From NCBI GenBank assembly GCA_035687505.1, contig DASRWV010000087.1, forward strand, positions 7,204 through 71,203: a DNA stretch of 64,000 nt. The letters are read 5' to 3'. The position numbers and the translations under genes are program-made. The notes under the pieces were generated by a model. It searched no databases, was not told the DNA's origin, and was given only the letters and a program-made list of their open reading frames with translations. Origin of the DNA: Nitrosotalea sp. Lineage in GTDB: Bacteria > Chloroflexota > Dormibacteria > Dormibacterales > Dormibacteraceae. Positions 9,017-18,562 of this stretch are shown piece after piece (the first letter of the stretch is position 1; each line of letters opens with the position of its first letter).

Positions 9017-10186
9017 CTAGGAGTGCAGAAACTCCAGCGCCATCGCCGTGTAGGCAGCCGTACCTAGAGCCAGCGCGTCTTCATCGAGGTCGAACTGCGC
9101 GGTGTGCGCTGGTTTCGGTTGGGTCCAGCTGGGTTTTCTGACGCCGAGCATCAGCATCGCCCCCGGGACTCGTTGAAGAACAAAGGAGAAGTCCTCAGCG
9201 GCCATGATGGGCGACCCCTGCACGACGGTGATGCCCAGCCCGCGCACAGCGCCACCTGCCAGCTCCACCATCGCCTCGTTGTTGATCGTTGGCGGGTAAT
9301 GCATGTGGATCTCGACCTTCGCCTCGGCTCGCAGGGAAGAAGCCACCCCTTTGGCGACTGTTTCGATCCTGGCCTCGAGCTGGTCCATCAAGCCTGCGTC
9401 GTAGGCCCGGATCGTCCCCATGATCTGCGCCCGGTCCGGGATGACATTGAAGGTAGTTCCGGCCAGAAGCGCGCCGAGGGTGATGACCGCCGGCACGCCG
9501 GGTTCAACCTCGCGGCTGACGAGCGTCTGCAGTGCCACGACGATCTGCGCTGCGACGACGACGGGGTCGACGGTGGTTTGCGGGCGGGACGCATGTCCCC
9601 CCCGGCCCGTCACGGTGATCGTGAAGGAGTTCGCTCCCGCCAGCAAAGGCCCGCCTCGTGCGGTCATGGTGCCGGTCGGCGTGTCGTGACTTGTGTGGAT
9701 CGCGAAGGCTGCGTCGACCGGCGGGTCGTCGAGCAATCGCTCGTTGATCATCTTCACGGCGCCCGCGCCGCCCTCTTCCGCGGGCTGGAACATCAGCTTC
9801 ACCGTGCCGGAGAACTGAGTCCGGCCCTCCTGGAGGATTCGCGCGGCTCCGAGCAGCATGGCGGTGTGCGCGTCGTGTCCGCAGGCATGCATGACGCCCG
9901 GGTGCTGAGAGACGTACGGCGCGTCTGACTCCTCCGTGATCGGGAGGGCGTCCATATCCGCCCGCAGCAGGACTGTGGGCCCGGGTCGAGCACCGCGCAC
10001 CAGTCCGATCACCCCGGTCCCGCCGACCCCGCCTCGGTACTCGATCCCGAGGTTGCGCAGCCGGGCTTCGACCAGGGCTGCGGTCTCCTTCTCCTGATAC
10101 CCGAGCTCGGGCCGCGAGTGAATCGTGCGGCGGTCGGCGACGATGGTCTCCGCGATCGATTGCGCCGCGTCGAGAATCTCGCCCAT
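9017..10186 (-). CDS. M20 family amidohydrolase (N-acyl-amino-acid / hippurate hydrolase-like)
   Basis: Domain-consistent start MGEILDAAQ at 10186. Motifs RADMDALP and HACGHDAH. The 683-aa track ORF is an artefactual fusion reading antisense through cydB. Confidence 0.85.
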   Translation of the reverse strand: MGEILDAAQSIAETIVADRRTIHSRPELGYQEKETAALVEARLRNLGIEYRGGVGGTGVIGLVRGARPGPTVLLRADMDALPITEESDAPYVSQHPGVMHACGHDAHTAMLLGAARILQEGRTQFSGTVKLMFQPAEEGGAGAVKMINERLLDDPPVDAAFAIHTSHDTPTGTMTARGGPLLAGANSFTITVTGRGGHASRPQTTVDPVVVAAQIVVALQTLVSREVEPGVPAVITLGALLAGTTFNVIPDRAQIMGTIRAYDAGLMDQLEARIETVAKGVASSLRAEAKVEIHMHYPPTINNEAMVELAGGAVRGLGITVVQGSPIMAAEDFSFVLQRVPGAMLMLGVRKPSWTQPKPAHTAQFDLDEDALALGTAAYTAMALEFLHS

Positions 10187-10224
10187 CACGCGCAATCTTC
10201 GCAGAGGCCCAGGTGCAACCTGGT

Positions 10225-11229
10225 CTACGTGCGAGCCTGGGGATTGCGCGCCTTGAACACCCGAAATAGGAGCCAGAGCGACGGGATTAGCAAGAGTCCG
10301 CCGATGGTGATGACGACGAGCATGGCCGTCAGCGTTGCCTCCGGCGCGGCTGTCGCTGTGATGGTTAGGTCGGGCGGGACCAGATATGGCCCCTGGCCGA
10401 CGGCCCAGGCCCACAGCACGAGCACCACCTGGCCGATGACGGCGACCCTGGCGAGACGCGGCCGCGAACGCCAGACCGCCCACAGCGCCAGCGGGCCGTT
10501 GAGCAAAGCCAGCGCAAACAGGGGAGGTCGGCCGGTCAGAGTCTGGAGCAGCCGCTGGTCGCCGAAGTACGAGATCGCCACCGCCAGCAGCGCAAGGACA
10601 CCCGACACGAACGCCGCGGCGATGGCGCGACGGCGGAAGTCGGCTAGCAATGCCGGCCGGTGCTCGTTCTCGACCATGAGATAAGTCGCGGCGAGATACG
10701 CGCAGATCGCGAGGGCGAAGAGTCCGATCACGATTGCGAGCGGCGTAGTCCAGCCATCGAGAAATCCGCTGACGAGCTGTCCGTTCGGAGCGTGAATCGA
10801 GCCCGAGGCGACAGCAGCCGCCGCGGTGCCGAGGAAGAACGGCGTGACTATGCTCGCCACCCCGAACACCACGCCCCACGTCGACATCGGCCCGACAGAG
10901 TCGGCCCCGTGCGCTCGAAAGGCGAAGGACGCGCCGCGAAGAACGATGCCCACCATCGCAATCGTGAGGGGAACGTACAAGGCGAGAGCCAATACCCCGA
11001 ACGCGACCGGGAAGGCGGTGAACAGGCCGGTGATCATGAAGATCAGCCACACGTGGTTCGCCTCCCACACCGGGCCCATCGCCTCGGCGACCGCGACGCG
11101 CTGCTCTTGGGCGCGCGGGCCGCTGGCGAAAAGGTCCCAGACCCCTCCGCCGAAGTCCGCTCCGGCGAGCACGGCGTACGCGGTGAGTGCGAGCCAGAGG
11201 ATGCCTGCGATCAACTCGGCGCTATTCAT
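10225..11229 (-). CDS. cydB: Cytochrome bd ubiquinol oxidase subunit II
   Basis: MNSAELIAGILWLALTAYAVLAGADFGGGVWDL is typical of CydB. ATG 11229 overlaps the cydA stop (11222-11224) by 8 nt. Confidence 0.9.
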   Translation of the reverse strand: MNSAELIAGILWLALTAYAVLAGADFGGGVWDLFASGPRAQEQRVAVAEAMGPVWEANHVWLIFMITGLFTAFPVAFGVLALALYVPLTIAMVGIVLRGASFAFRAHGADSVGPMSTWGVVFGVASIVTPFFLGTAAAAVASGSIHAPNGQLVSGFLDGWTTPLAIVIGLFALAICAYLAATYLMVENEHRPALLADFRRRAIAAAFVSGVLALLAVAISYFGDQRLLQTLTGRPPLFALALLNGPLALWAVWRSRPRLARVAVIGQVVLVLWAWAVGQGPYLVPPDLTITATAAPEATLTAMLVVITIGGLLLIPSLWLLFRVFKARNPQART

Positions 11230-12568
11230 CTCGAAACGCATCCACCTTCTTTGCTGCGTTACGGGCCGCCGCATCGCGATTGTGCGCAGCCAGCATCAGC
11301 AACAACCGAGCCGTCGTGAATGCCAGACCCGCGTAGATGGCGATGAAGATCGCGAACGTCAAGCCGAGCCCGGGCGCTGTGGTTGCGGCCTCCGAGGTGC
11401 GCATGATTCCGTAGACAACCCAGGGTTGCCTCCCGAATTCGGTGACGAACCAACCCGCTTCCATCGCGACAACACTCGCGGGACCTGCTGCAACCAGTCC
11501 GAGGAGAACCAGCCTCCGGGTCGGCACAGACCGGCGCCGGATTGCCAACAACCAGAATGCGGCGGCCATCAGTCCGATGAATGTTCCAAGGCCCACCATG
11601 CCGTCGAAAGACAGGTGGACGAGGACCGGATTGGGGCGGTCCGCCGGCGGATAGGTGTCAAGGCCTCGCACCTCGGCGTTCGGATCGAATGTGGCGAGGA
11701 AGCTCAGCGCCTTCGGAATCTCAATCCCATAAAGGACACGGTGCTGAGCGTCGCTTGGGATCCCGCCAAGGGTGATTGGAGCTCCGCGCTGGGTCCTGTA
11801 GATGCCCTCCATGGCGGCGAACTTGGCCGGTTGCGCCTCGTAGATGAATCGCGCGCTGGAATCGCCGGTGATCCCCGCCAGGACGATCGCGATCGCGCCC
11901 ATCGCCATGCCCGAGGCGAGACCGCGCCGGTGGAAAATGTCGTTACGTCCTCGCAGCAGGCCTGCCGCATAGACGGCGGCGACGAGGAAGCCGGTCACGA
12001 CGTAGGCCGAGACCAACATGTGAGGATCCTCGGTTGCGGTCGAGGGGTTGAGGGCTGCCGCAAGTGGGTCGACCTGTGCCAGCTTGCCGTCGGGCCCTAG
12101 CTGGAAGCCGGCCGGAGTATTCATCCAGGCGTTCGCCATGACCACGAACACCGAGCTCGCGGCTCCGCTCAGCGCGATCGGTATCGACGTCAGCCAGTGC
12201 TTGACAGGGCTCAGCCGGTCCCAACCGTAGAGGTAGAGCCCGAGGAAGATCGCCTCGATGAAAAAGGCAAACCCTTCGGCGGAGAACGGAAGGCCGAATA
12301 TGCCACCCGAAAATGCCATGAACCGAGGCCAGAGCAGGCCGAGCTCGAAGGACAGGACGGTACCCGAGACGGCGCCGACAGCGAAGAGAATGCCAAACGC
12401 TTTGGACCACCGCCGCGCAAGCAGCATCCAGGCTTCATCGCGTCGCCAGAGGGCAAGTGCCTCCGCCACGCACATGAGCAGTGGCAGTCCGACGCCGAGC
12501 ACTGCGAAAACGATGTGAAACCCCAGCGAAGTTCCCATCGTCGCCCGTGCGAGGGTGGTGTTGTCCAA
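11222..12568 (-). CDS. cydA: Cytochrome bd ubiquinol oxidase subunit I
   Basis: 448-aa multi-pass protein with a CydA N-terminus (LARATMGTSLGFHIVFAVLGVGLPLL) and a Q-loop region. Immediately upstream of cydB. Confidence 0.9.
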   Translation of the reverse strand: MDNTTLARATMGTSLGFHIVFAVLGVGLPLLMCVAEALALWRRDEAWMLLARRWSKAFGILFAVGAVSGTVLSFELGLLWPRFMAFSGGIFGLPFSAEGFAFFIEAIFLGLYLYGWDRLSPVKHWLTSIPIALSGAASSVFVVMANAWMNTPAGFQLGPDGKLAQVDPLAAALNPSTATEDPHMLVSAYVVTGFLVAAVYAAGLLRGRNDIFHRRGLASGMAMGAIAIVLAGITGDSSARFIYEAQPAKFAAMEGIYRTQRGAPITLGGIPSDAQHRVLYGIEIPKALSFLATFDPNAEVRGLDTYPPADRPNPVLVHLSFDGMVGLGTFIGLMAAAFWLLAIRRRSVPTRRLVLLGLVAAGPASVVAMEAGWFVTEFGRQPWVVYGIMRTSEAATTAPGLGLTFAIFIAIYAGLAFTTARLLLMLAAHNRDAAARNAAKKVDAFRDE

Positions 12569-12638
12569 TCTATGGAAGTCGTCGCATAGGTAGGCCCTGG
12601 GGATTCATTGTGAGACGCGCGACGAGACGACTCCCAGA

Positions 12639-13064
12639 TCAGCGTTTGCGTTCGAGGACAACCACCGGAATTAGGCGCTCGGTCCGCGTCTGGTAGTCCG
12701 CAAATGGGGGCCAGATCTTCGTCATCGCTTTGTAGAGCCGGTCCCGCTCCTGCTTATTGTCGACCGCCCGGGCGCGGGCCCTGAACTTCTCCGTCCCGCC
12801 TTCGCTCGCCACCTCAACGTCGACCTCCGGGTTGGTCGCGATATTCCCGAACCACGCCGGGTTGTTGGGCGCCCCACCCTTGGAGGCCACGATGATGTAG
12901 TCGTCGCCTTGCCGGCCATAGACCAGGGGGGTTGTGATGGCTTCCCCGCTCTTCGCTCCTTTGGCCGTCATCAGCAATACGTGGTCGCCAAACATGCCTA
13001 TCCCGAGCCCATGCTTGTCATGGAACTCGGCGATCGTCTTTTGGTTGTAGGGAGTTGCTTTCAC
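12639..13064 (-). CDS. Deazaflavin (F420H2)-dependent nitroreductase-family protein (DDN/PNPOx-like)
   Basis: NQKTIAEFHDKHG...LLMTAKGAKSGEAITTPLVY...GGAPNNPAWFGN matches the DDN family. Domain-consistent GTG start at 13064. The track ORF to 13472 is over-extended. Confidence 0.75.
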   Translation of the reverse strand: MKATPYNQKTIAEFHDKHGLGIGMFGDHVLLMTAKGAKSGEAITTPLVYGRQGDDYIIVASKGGAPNNPAWFGNIATNPEVDVEVASEGGTEKFRARARAVDNKQERDRLYKAMTKIWPPFADYQTRTERLIPVVVLERKR

Positions 13065-13082
13065 CGTATGAAATCTACCGCG

Positions 13083-13643
13083 ATGAAGAAAACGAGATGC
13101 CCATGGGCGGACAGCTCGCCGGCCATGCGCAAGTACCACGACGACGAGTGGGGCGTCCCATCGCACGATGACCCCCACCTCTTCGAGATGCTCACCCTCG
13201 AAGGCGCCCAGGCCGGCCTGTCCTGGGCCACCATCCTCAACCGCCGCGCCGGCTACCGACGTGCTTTTGCGTCTTTCGACCCGGCCAAGGTGGCGAAGTT
13301 CGATGACCGCCGGCTCGAACGACTCCGCGAGGACGAGGGCATCATTCGAAACCGGCTCAAGATTTACGGCACCCGCTCCAACGCGAAAGCGTTTCTCCTC
13401 GTGCAAGCCGAATTTGGCTCGTTCGCAACCTATCTCTGGAACTGGGTCGCCGGAACCCGGATCGTCAACCACCCTCGAACACTCGCCGACCTCCGTCCCA
13501 CGACAGCGTTATCCGATCGCATCAGCAAGGACCTCAAGCGGCGCGGCTTTACGTTCGTAGGTCCCACCATCGTTTATGCGCTGCTGGAGGCGGTCGGCGT
13601 GGTCGACGACCATCTCACGAGCTGCCCGTTCAAACGAGACTGA
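13083..13643 (+). CDS. tag: DNA-3-methyladenine glycosylase I
   Basis: MKKTRCPWADSSPAMRKYHDDEWGVPSHDD...LEGAQAGLSW matches the Tag family. The alternative ATG 13068 lies only 4 nt from the divergent gene's start. Confidence 0.85.
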   Translation: MKKTRCPWADSSPAMRKYHDDEWGVPSHDDPHLFEMLTLEGAQAGLSWATILNRRAGYRRAFASFDPAKVAKFDDRRLERLREDEGIIRNRLKIYGTRSNAKAFLLVQAEFGSFATYLWNWVAGTRIVNHPRTLADLRPTTALSDRISKDLKRRGFTFVGPTIVYALLEAVGVVDDHLTSCPFKRD

Positions 13644-14199
13644 GGTGACCGAGCACGAGGTCAAGCGGCCGAGGCACTCGGTTGAGATCCAATGCCTCGA
13701 CGAGCAACGCCCCTGATTCGATCTTCCGTCCCCCGTGTGTGCCGAAGAACCGCCGGAGCTGCGCCTCTTGAGAACGTCCTCGCCACTGCGGCTGGCTTTG
13801 AAAGCTTCGCAACGCTCCCAGCTCTCCGTTGGCTTCGATGACCCGCTCGACCGCGGCGGCACCCAGGGAGCGGATCAGCTCGTCCTCCAGGTCTGCGACG
13901 CATGCATAGAAGCCCAGTCGTTCCATGCCGGCGCGACTGAGGTTGGCCCCGAGCCCGGCCCGCTCGAGGCCGCGTCGAAAGTCACCCTCCTCGGCGGCGT
14001 CATAGAGGCCCGCTAGCCTGACGTTCAAGCCTTGAGGGCCGAACTGATCGAGGAAGGTTCTGATGTTCTTCGAACCTCCGATTGGAACTATCGAAATGCC
14101 CTCAGCATCAAGACTCCGACCACGACGTTTGGCCAAGGCCTCGAGCGCTAGCTGGTCGCTGACGCCTTCCACAAGTGCGACCGCGCGAATTGACTCCAT
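13630..14199 (-). CDS. Stand-alone Toprim (OLD-nuclease-like) domain protein
   Basis: AVALVEGVSDQLALEAL (Toprim Glu), IVPIGGSKN and CVADLEDELI (acidic DxD-like) with no ATPase domain. Alternative start at 14223. The 3' end overlaps tag by 14 nt, tail to tail. Confidence 0.6.
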   Translation of the reverse strand: MESIRAVALVEGVSDQLALEALAKRRGRSLDAEGISIVPIGGSKNIRTFLDQFGPQGLNVRLAGLYDAAEEGDFRRGLERAGLGANLSRAGMERLGFYACVADLEDELIRSLGAAAVERVIEANGELGALRSFQSQPQWRGRSQEAQLRRFFGTHGGRKIESGALLVEALDLNRVPRPLDLVLGHLSLV

Positions 14200-14242
14200 T
14201 CCCAACAAACTATCGGCTCCCACCTCGCGAGGTGGACGGTGA

Positions 14243-15886
14243 TCAGACGCCGATGTCTTTGCGGACGAACCTCAACGTGCCGATTCCTAAAGCCAGAGCG
14301 CCGACGGCGATGACTCCCAGGACCGAGGTCAGCTGCAGCCCGTGAAGCAACGGTGTGCCGTAGTAGTAGAAGGCCGAGAGCCGCAGCGTCGCGTCCGGCA
14401 GCTTGAGCTCCGGTCCGATGAAGCTGATGAAGAACCAGATCGCGAGCACGAAGCTCAAGAGCCCCGTGTCGGCCGCGGTGCGGAGCCAGCCTGACGCCAG
14501 ATAGCCGATCGCGGCGATCAACAAACCGAACGGGATCATGCCCAATGTCGCCGCCGCCAGGTTGCCCCCATCGAGCTTCAGCCCCGCGGCGGCTGCAGCC
14601 CCCGCCGACGTGAGCAGTGTGATCATGGCGATCACGACAGTGGCAGTGCTCAGAGCGGCAAACCGACCGAGCAGCACCTCCGGGCGTGATCGCGGCGTGG
14701 CGAGAATGAGCTCGAGCCTCCCGTCGCTTTCGTCGCCAGACCAGCGGTTGACCTGGGTCACGGCAAAGGCCATCAGCAACAGCGGCAGAAAGAAAAACAT
14801 CGCGCTCAGAAAGCCTGCGTTGACGCCAACGTCGCCTCCACCGAGATTCTTGATCAGGCCCGTCATCGTGGGCGACCCGGACAGCAAGCCGGACAGCTTC
14901 GCCTCCATCAGCTGGACGACGTAAACCATCCAGCCGGCGAAGCCCGCGATGCCGATGGTCCACCAGACGGTCGGCATCGCGATCATGCCCATGCCGCGTG
15001 CGTAGACCGACCGAAGCGACCAATCTCTGGCCGGCAGCGCTCTGCTGGCTCTGCGTTCCGGAAGCCGAAGCAAGCGGGGCAGCGGCACCGTCCCTCCAAC
15101 GTCGCGCTTCACGAACAGCCATACGGCAAGTCCGCCGAGGATCAAGGCCAACGCGAGGAGCACGACCATCGCTCCGGCATTGGCGCCGTGGCTCGGCACC
15201 AGTGGCTTGCTCAAGTTGTAGTAGTAGATGGGGGAGAGGCGCGAGATCCACTCGGTGTTCGCGGCGACGCGATGGACCATGTCCACAACGATGAAGACAA
15301 GAAGCAGACCCGCAGTCCAGCCTGCAGCCGGGCCGCGCTCCTGCGTGAACTGCGAGATCAACAGGGCAAGGCCGCCGATCACGGCGCAGATCAAAGCGAG
15401 GTTCAAGCCGAAGAGAAGGGCGTCGCCAAGGCCGAAATCGCCGTGGAAGATTTTACCGCCGGCGAAGGTGAGCAGTCCGATCAAGAGACCCATGGCGAGC
15501 AGCGCCGTCCAGATCGCCGCCAACTTCTCCAGCGCCACGTTCAGCCTTGGACGGGGAAGGGATAGGAGCACGTCCATCGAGCCGCGATCCTCCTCGCCAC
15601 GCAGCATCCGGCTGCCTGCCAGGAGCGACCACACTGCAATGAGGAAGATGAAGATGCCGATCTTGAACATCGCGTAGCCGCCGACCGTGTCGACCGCGAT
15701 TGCATCCGCGTTCCAGGAGAACGTCGCGGCCAGGCTGACCAGCTGCTCCCGCGCCTGGGGCGTCGTGATGAGAGCGGTCACGCTCGCCATTGGCGAAACG
15801 ACCACCAGTCCCATCCCGATACCCCAACCCAGGATTGCGATGCGATAGTCGCGGAGACTCTTCAGGAAGACGCTGCTAAGCCACAC
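14243..15886 (-). CDS. ABC-2 type transporter permease
   Basis: 547-aa polytopic membrane protein. Its start overlaps the upstream ATPase gene by 11 nt. Confidence 0.75.
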   Translation of the reverse strand: MWLSSVFLKSLRDYRIAILGWGIGMGLVVVSPMASVTALITTPQAREQLVSLAATFSWNADAIAVDTVGGYAMFKIGIFIFLIAVWSLLAGSRMLRGEEDRGSMDVLLSLPRPRLNVALEKLAAIWTALLAMGLLIGLLTFAGGKIFHGDFGLGDALLFGLNLALICAVIGGLALLISQFTQERGPAAGWTAGLLLVFIVVDMVHRVAANTEWISRLSPIYYYNLSKPLVPSHGANAGAMVVLLALALILGGLAVWLFVKRDVGGTVPLPRLLRLPERRASRALPARDWSLRSVYARGMGMIAMPTVWWTIGIAGFAGWMVYVVQLMEAKLSGLLSGSPTMTGLIKNLGGGDVGVNAGFLSAMFFFLPLLLMAFAVTQVNRWSGDESDGRLELILATPRSRPEVLLGRFAALSTATVVIAMITLLTSAGAAAAAGLKLDGGNLAAATLGMIPFGLLIAAIGYLASGWLRTAADTGLLSFVLAIWFFISFIGPELKLPDATLRLSAFYYYGTPLLHGLQLTSVLGVIAVGALALGIGTLRFVRKDIGV

Positions 15887-16802
15887 CCTGCGCCTCCTTC
15901 GCGAGCACGCCGTCCGCTTCGTAGTAACGAAGGAATATGTCCTCGAGGCTCGGCTCGTAGCTGGTCAGCGAGACGACCGGATAGCGCGCGGCCGCCTTGA
16001 TGACCGCGTCCGCGGGACCCTGCATCGTCAAGCGGACACCATGCCCGTTGTTCAACGCCTCCACCTCGATCACGCTGGCCAGCGACTTGAACGTATCGAG
16101 CGGGACCGCGTCAGCGAAGGAGATCGTCATCTCGTAGCGCTTGATGGCCTTCACCTCTGCGACCTCTCCGATGCGCACAAGAGTCCCGTCGCGGATGATG
16201 CCGACCCTCGTGCACGTTTTCTCGACCTCGCTCAGAACGTGAGACGAAAGAAAGACGGTGCGTCCTTCATCGCGCGCCTCGAAGAGCATCCGGTCGAACT
16301 CCTGCTGGTTGAGCGGATCGAGCCCGCTGGTGGGCTCGTCAAGAATCAGCAGTCGCGGGCGGTGCATGAAAGCCTGGATCAAAACGACCTTGCGTTTGTT
16401 CCCGGTCGAGTACTGGCGGAACTTTCGGCTGGTGTCCAGCTCGAAGCGATCGATCAGCTGCTTGAGGTAGGTGCGGTCCACGCTTCCTCGCAGGTGCGCG
16501 AAGAACTCGAGGATCTGTCCGCCTGTCAGGTTCGCGTCGAGCGCCGGCTCGCCGGGCATGTAGCCGACCATTCGCTTGATCTGGACTGAGTCGGTCCAGC
16601 AGTCGAGCCCAGCGATCTTTGCGGAGCCTGAGTCGGCGCGAAGCAGCGCCATCAGCGTCCGGATCGTCGTCGTCTTGCCCGCGCCGTTCGGGCCCAGGAA
16701 GCCGAACACTTCGCCCTCCTCGACGGCGAACGAGACGCCCGCGATTCCCCTCTTGCTGCCGTAGCTCTTGGTGAGCTTGTCGACTTCGATGATCGCTGCC
16801 AT
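15876..16802 (-). CDS. ABC transporter ATP-binding protein
   Basis: Walker A GPNGAGKTT, signature YSTGNKRK, Walker B LLILDEPTSGLD. Confidence 0.9.
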   Translation of the reverse strand: MAAIIEVDKLTKSYGSKRGIAGVSFAVEEGEVFGFLGPNGAGKTTTIRTLMALLRADSGSAKIAGLDCWTDSVQIKRMVGYMPGEPALDANLTGGQILEFFAHLRGSVDRTYLKQLIDRFELDTSRKFRQYSTGNKRKVVLIQAFMHRPRLLILDEPTSGLDPLNQQEFDRMLFEARDEGRTVFLSSHVLSEVEKTCTRVGIIRDGTLVRIGEVAEVKAIKRYEMTISFADAVPLDTFKSLASVIEVEALNNGHGVRLTMQGPADAVIKAAARYPVVSLTSYEPSLEDIFLRYYEADGVLAKEAQGVA

Positions 16803-16811
16803 GTGTGCTCC

Positions 16812-17495
16812 TTAACCGAACCAGAAGTGGAGGGTCTGCTCGTCCGCCAGAGTCACCGACCCCTGTGGAACCCCGAGAATCCGCTCGAACGCCTCACCGA
16901 AAGACGCAAACGTTTGCCGCACCACGTCGTACGTGACCGTCCCTGCCTGGCGCGCGATAAAGAGGTCCATGGCCAGCTCCTGTGTCCCCAACATGAGCGC
17001 GATCAGAACCGTCGCGGTGTCTTCGGGTGAGCTCACTTGGCAACTTCCCTCCTCGACACCCTGTTTGACCACAGTGGAGAAGAGAGGGACCATGCGGCTC
17101 TGACTCACCCGGCGCACCTTCTCGCGGACCAACGCGTTGCCATCGGAGCGCCAGATCTCCATGATCGCCAGCACCAGCTCTTTCTGTTCGGCCTTGATGC
17201 GGGCGATGCCGGCGAAGACCCTCTCTAGCTTGCGGAGGGCCGGCAGGTCTGGATCATTGAGGATGGGGGAGAGGGAGGCCATCGAGCTGTCCGCGAAGCG
17301 CTCGACAATGGCCTCCAGCAGGGCCTGTTTCGAATCGAAGTAGTGGTAGAAGGCACCCTTCGACGCCTCCAGCTCGTCGAGCACATCCTGAATGCTCATC
17401 GCGTCGTAACCCTTGGTCTGTACGAGGCGCTGGGCCACGTCCAGGAAGGCGTCCCGGCGGATCGTGTGAAGGGTCGCGTTGACGGTCCGCGGCAT
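16812..17495 (-). CDS. TetR/AcrR family transcriptional regulator
   Basis: N-terminal HTH (RDAFLDVAQRLVQTKGYDAMSIQDVLDELEASKGAFYHYFDSK). First gene of the ABC-2 operon. Confidence 0.85.
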   Translation of the reverse strand: MPRTVNATLHTIRRDAFLDVAQRLVQTKGYDAMSIQDVLDELEASKGAFYHYFDSKQALLEAIVERFADSSMASLSPILNDPDLPALRKLERVFAGIARIKAEQKELVLAIMEIWRSDGNALVREKVRRVSQSRMVPLFSTVVKQGVEEGSCQVSSPEDTATVLIALMLGTQELAMDLFIARQAGTVTYDVVRQTFASFGEAFERILGVPQGSVTLADEQTLHFWFG

Positions 17496-17541
17496 CCCCG
17501 AACTATAACAGACCGACGGTCGGTTTGTTTATCCCGTCAGT

Positions 17542-18033
17542 TCATTTCTCGAGGAGTTTCGCCAGTTTGCCGAGCTCGCTCTCCCAGCCCATGACCGCCA
17601 GGCTCGTCCAGTGCTCGTCATGCATCGCCGTGAATGAGAGGACCATCCGCACGCCATCCGGGCCCTGTTCGAGCTCTACGGTCGTCGGCACCTCGTAGGG
17701 CTCGACACCAGGTATGAAGTCGGCCGTCTGGCTGTAGGCCAGACGGTGGGGAGGAACGACTTCGGTGTAAGTCAGCCGGCTCACTGTGGTCACCGGCATT
17801 CCTGCTTTTTTCAGGAACTCCATCTGATCGGGTGCGGTGGCGGTCATGGCGTAGACGAGCTCGCCGCCGGGCCGAAGATCGAGCCGCTGGACCTTGACGG
17901 TGAACCCGTCCGGTCCCCACCAGGACTCGATCCCCTCTTTGGTCGTCCAGAGCTCCCACACCTCATCGATAGGCGCGGCGAACGATCGCTCGAGCGTGAC
18001 CCGGCGGCGTGCATCCCGTGTCTTCGGAGCCAA
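17542..18033 (-). CDS. SRPBCC / AHSA1 (Aha1-like) domain protein
   Basis: ERSFAAPIDEVWELWTTKEGIESWWGPDGF is typical of AHSA1. Last gene of the ArsR operon. Confidence 0.75.
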   Translation of the reverse strand: MAPKTRDARRRVTLERSFAAPIDEVWELWTTKEGIESWWGPDGFTVKVQRLDLRPGGELVYAMTATAPDQMEFLKKAGMPVTTVSRLTYTEVVPPHRLAYSQTADFIPGVEPYEVPTTVELEQGPDGVRMVLSFTAMHDEHWTSLAVMGWESELGKLAKLLEK

Positions 18034-18034
18034 G

Positions 18035-18562
18035 CTACGCGGCGCTCCAATACGCCTGCTCGAGGGACGCGATGTCGAGCTTCTTCATCTTCAGCATCGC
18101 TTCCAGCGCCTTGGCGTTGTTCCCGTGCTCGGAGTCGCCCAGCATCTGGCCCAAAGCAGCGGGGACGATCTGCCACGACAGACCGAACCGATCCTTCAGC
18201 CAACCGCATGGGCCTTCCTCGCCGCCGTCGGCGGTCAGTCCCGTCCACAACCTGTCGATCTCCTCCTGCGTCTCGCAGGTCACCATGAGCGAGATCCCCT
18301 CGGAGAAAGAGAAGGAGGGGCCGCCGTCGAACGCGGTGTACTCGCGTCCGTTGAGCTCGAATGTGGCGTGCATCAGCGTGCCTTTGGGCATCTTTTCGCT
18401 CCCTTCGCTGCGCACCATGCTCACGACCTTGGAGTTGTCGAAGAGGGAGACGTAGAGATTGACTGCCTCTTCGGCCCGCTCCTTGAACACCAAACATGGT
18501 GTGAGCCCCTGCACCTTCGTCTTCTTGCTCCCTGCATCTGTCTGAGTACCTGTTTGTGTCAC
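18035..18562 (-). CDS. VOC-family protein (PhnB / 3-demethylubiquinone-9 methyltransferase-domain type)
   Basis: PCLVFKERAEEAVNLYVSLF...GPCGWLKDRFGLSWQIVP. Confidence 0.75.
   Translation of the reverse strand: MTQTGTQTDAGSKKTKVQGLTPCLVFKERAEEAVNLYVSLFDNSKVVSMVRSEGSEKMPKGTLMHATFELNGREYTAFDGGPSFSFSEGISLMVTCETQEEIDRLWTGLTADGGEEGPCGWLKDRFGLSWQIVPAALGQMLGDSEHGNNAKALEAMLKMKKLDIASLEQAYWSAA

Noticed and set aside
9017-11068. 683-aa ORF suggesting a large fusion protein.
   Set aside because: Only the C-terminal 389 aa (from MGEILDAAQ, ATG 10186) look like a real protein (M20 amidohydrolase). The Arg/Gly/Pro-rich N-terminal part runs antisense through cydB and is a high-GC artefact. Similar over-extensions were trimmed at 2748..3788, 12639..13472, 47263..48585, 33544..35913 and 56893..57861.
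10225-12568. Absence of cydDC next to cydAB.
   Set aside because: This is noted only. The assembly-factor genes may be elsewhere in the genome, and nothing in the sequence here indicates a novel arrangement.
13630-16802. PARIS/OLD-like defence pair (ABC-type ATPase + Toprim nuclease).
   Set aside because: The ATPase is a classical transporter NBD, translationally coupled to a 547-aa ABC-2 permease and preceded by a TetR gene. It is not an AriA/OLD-type ATPase.
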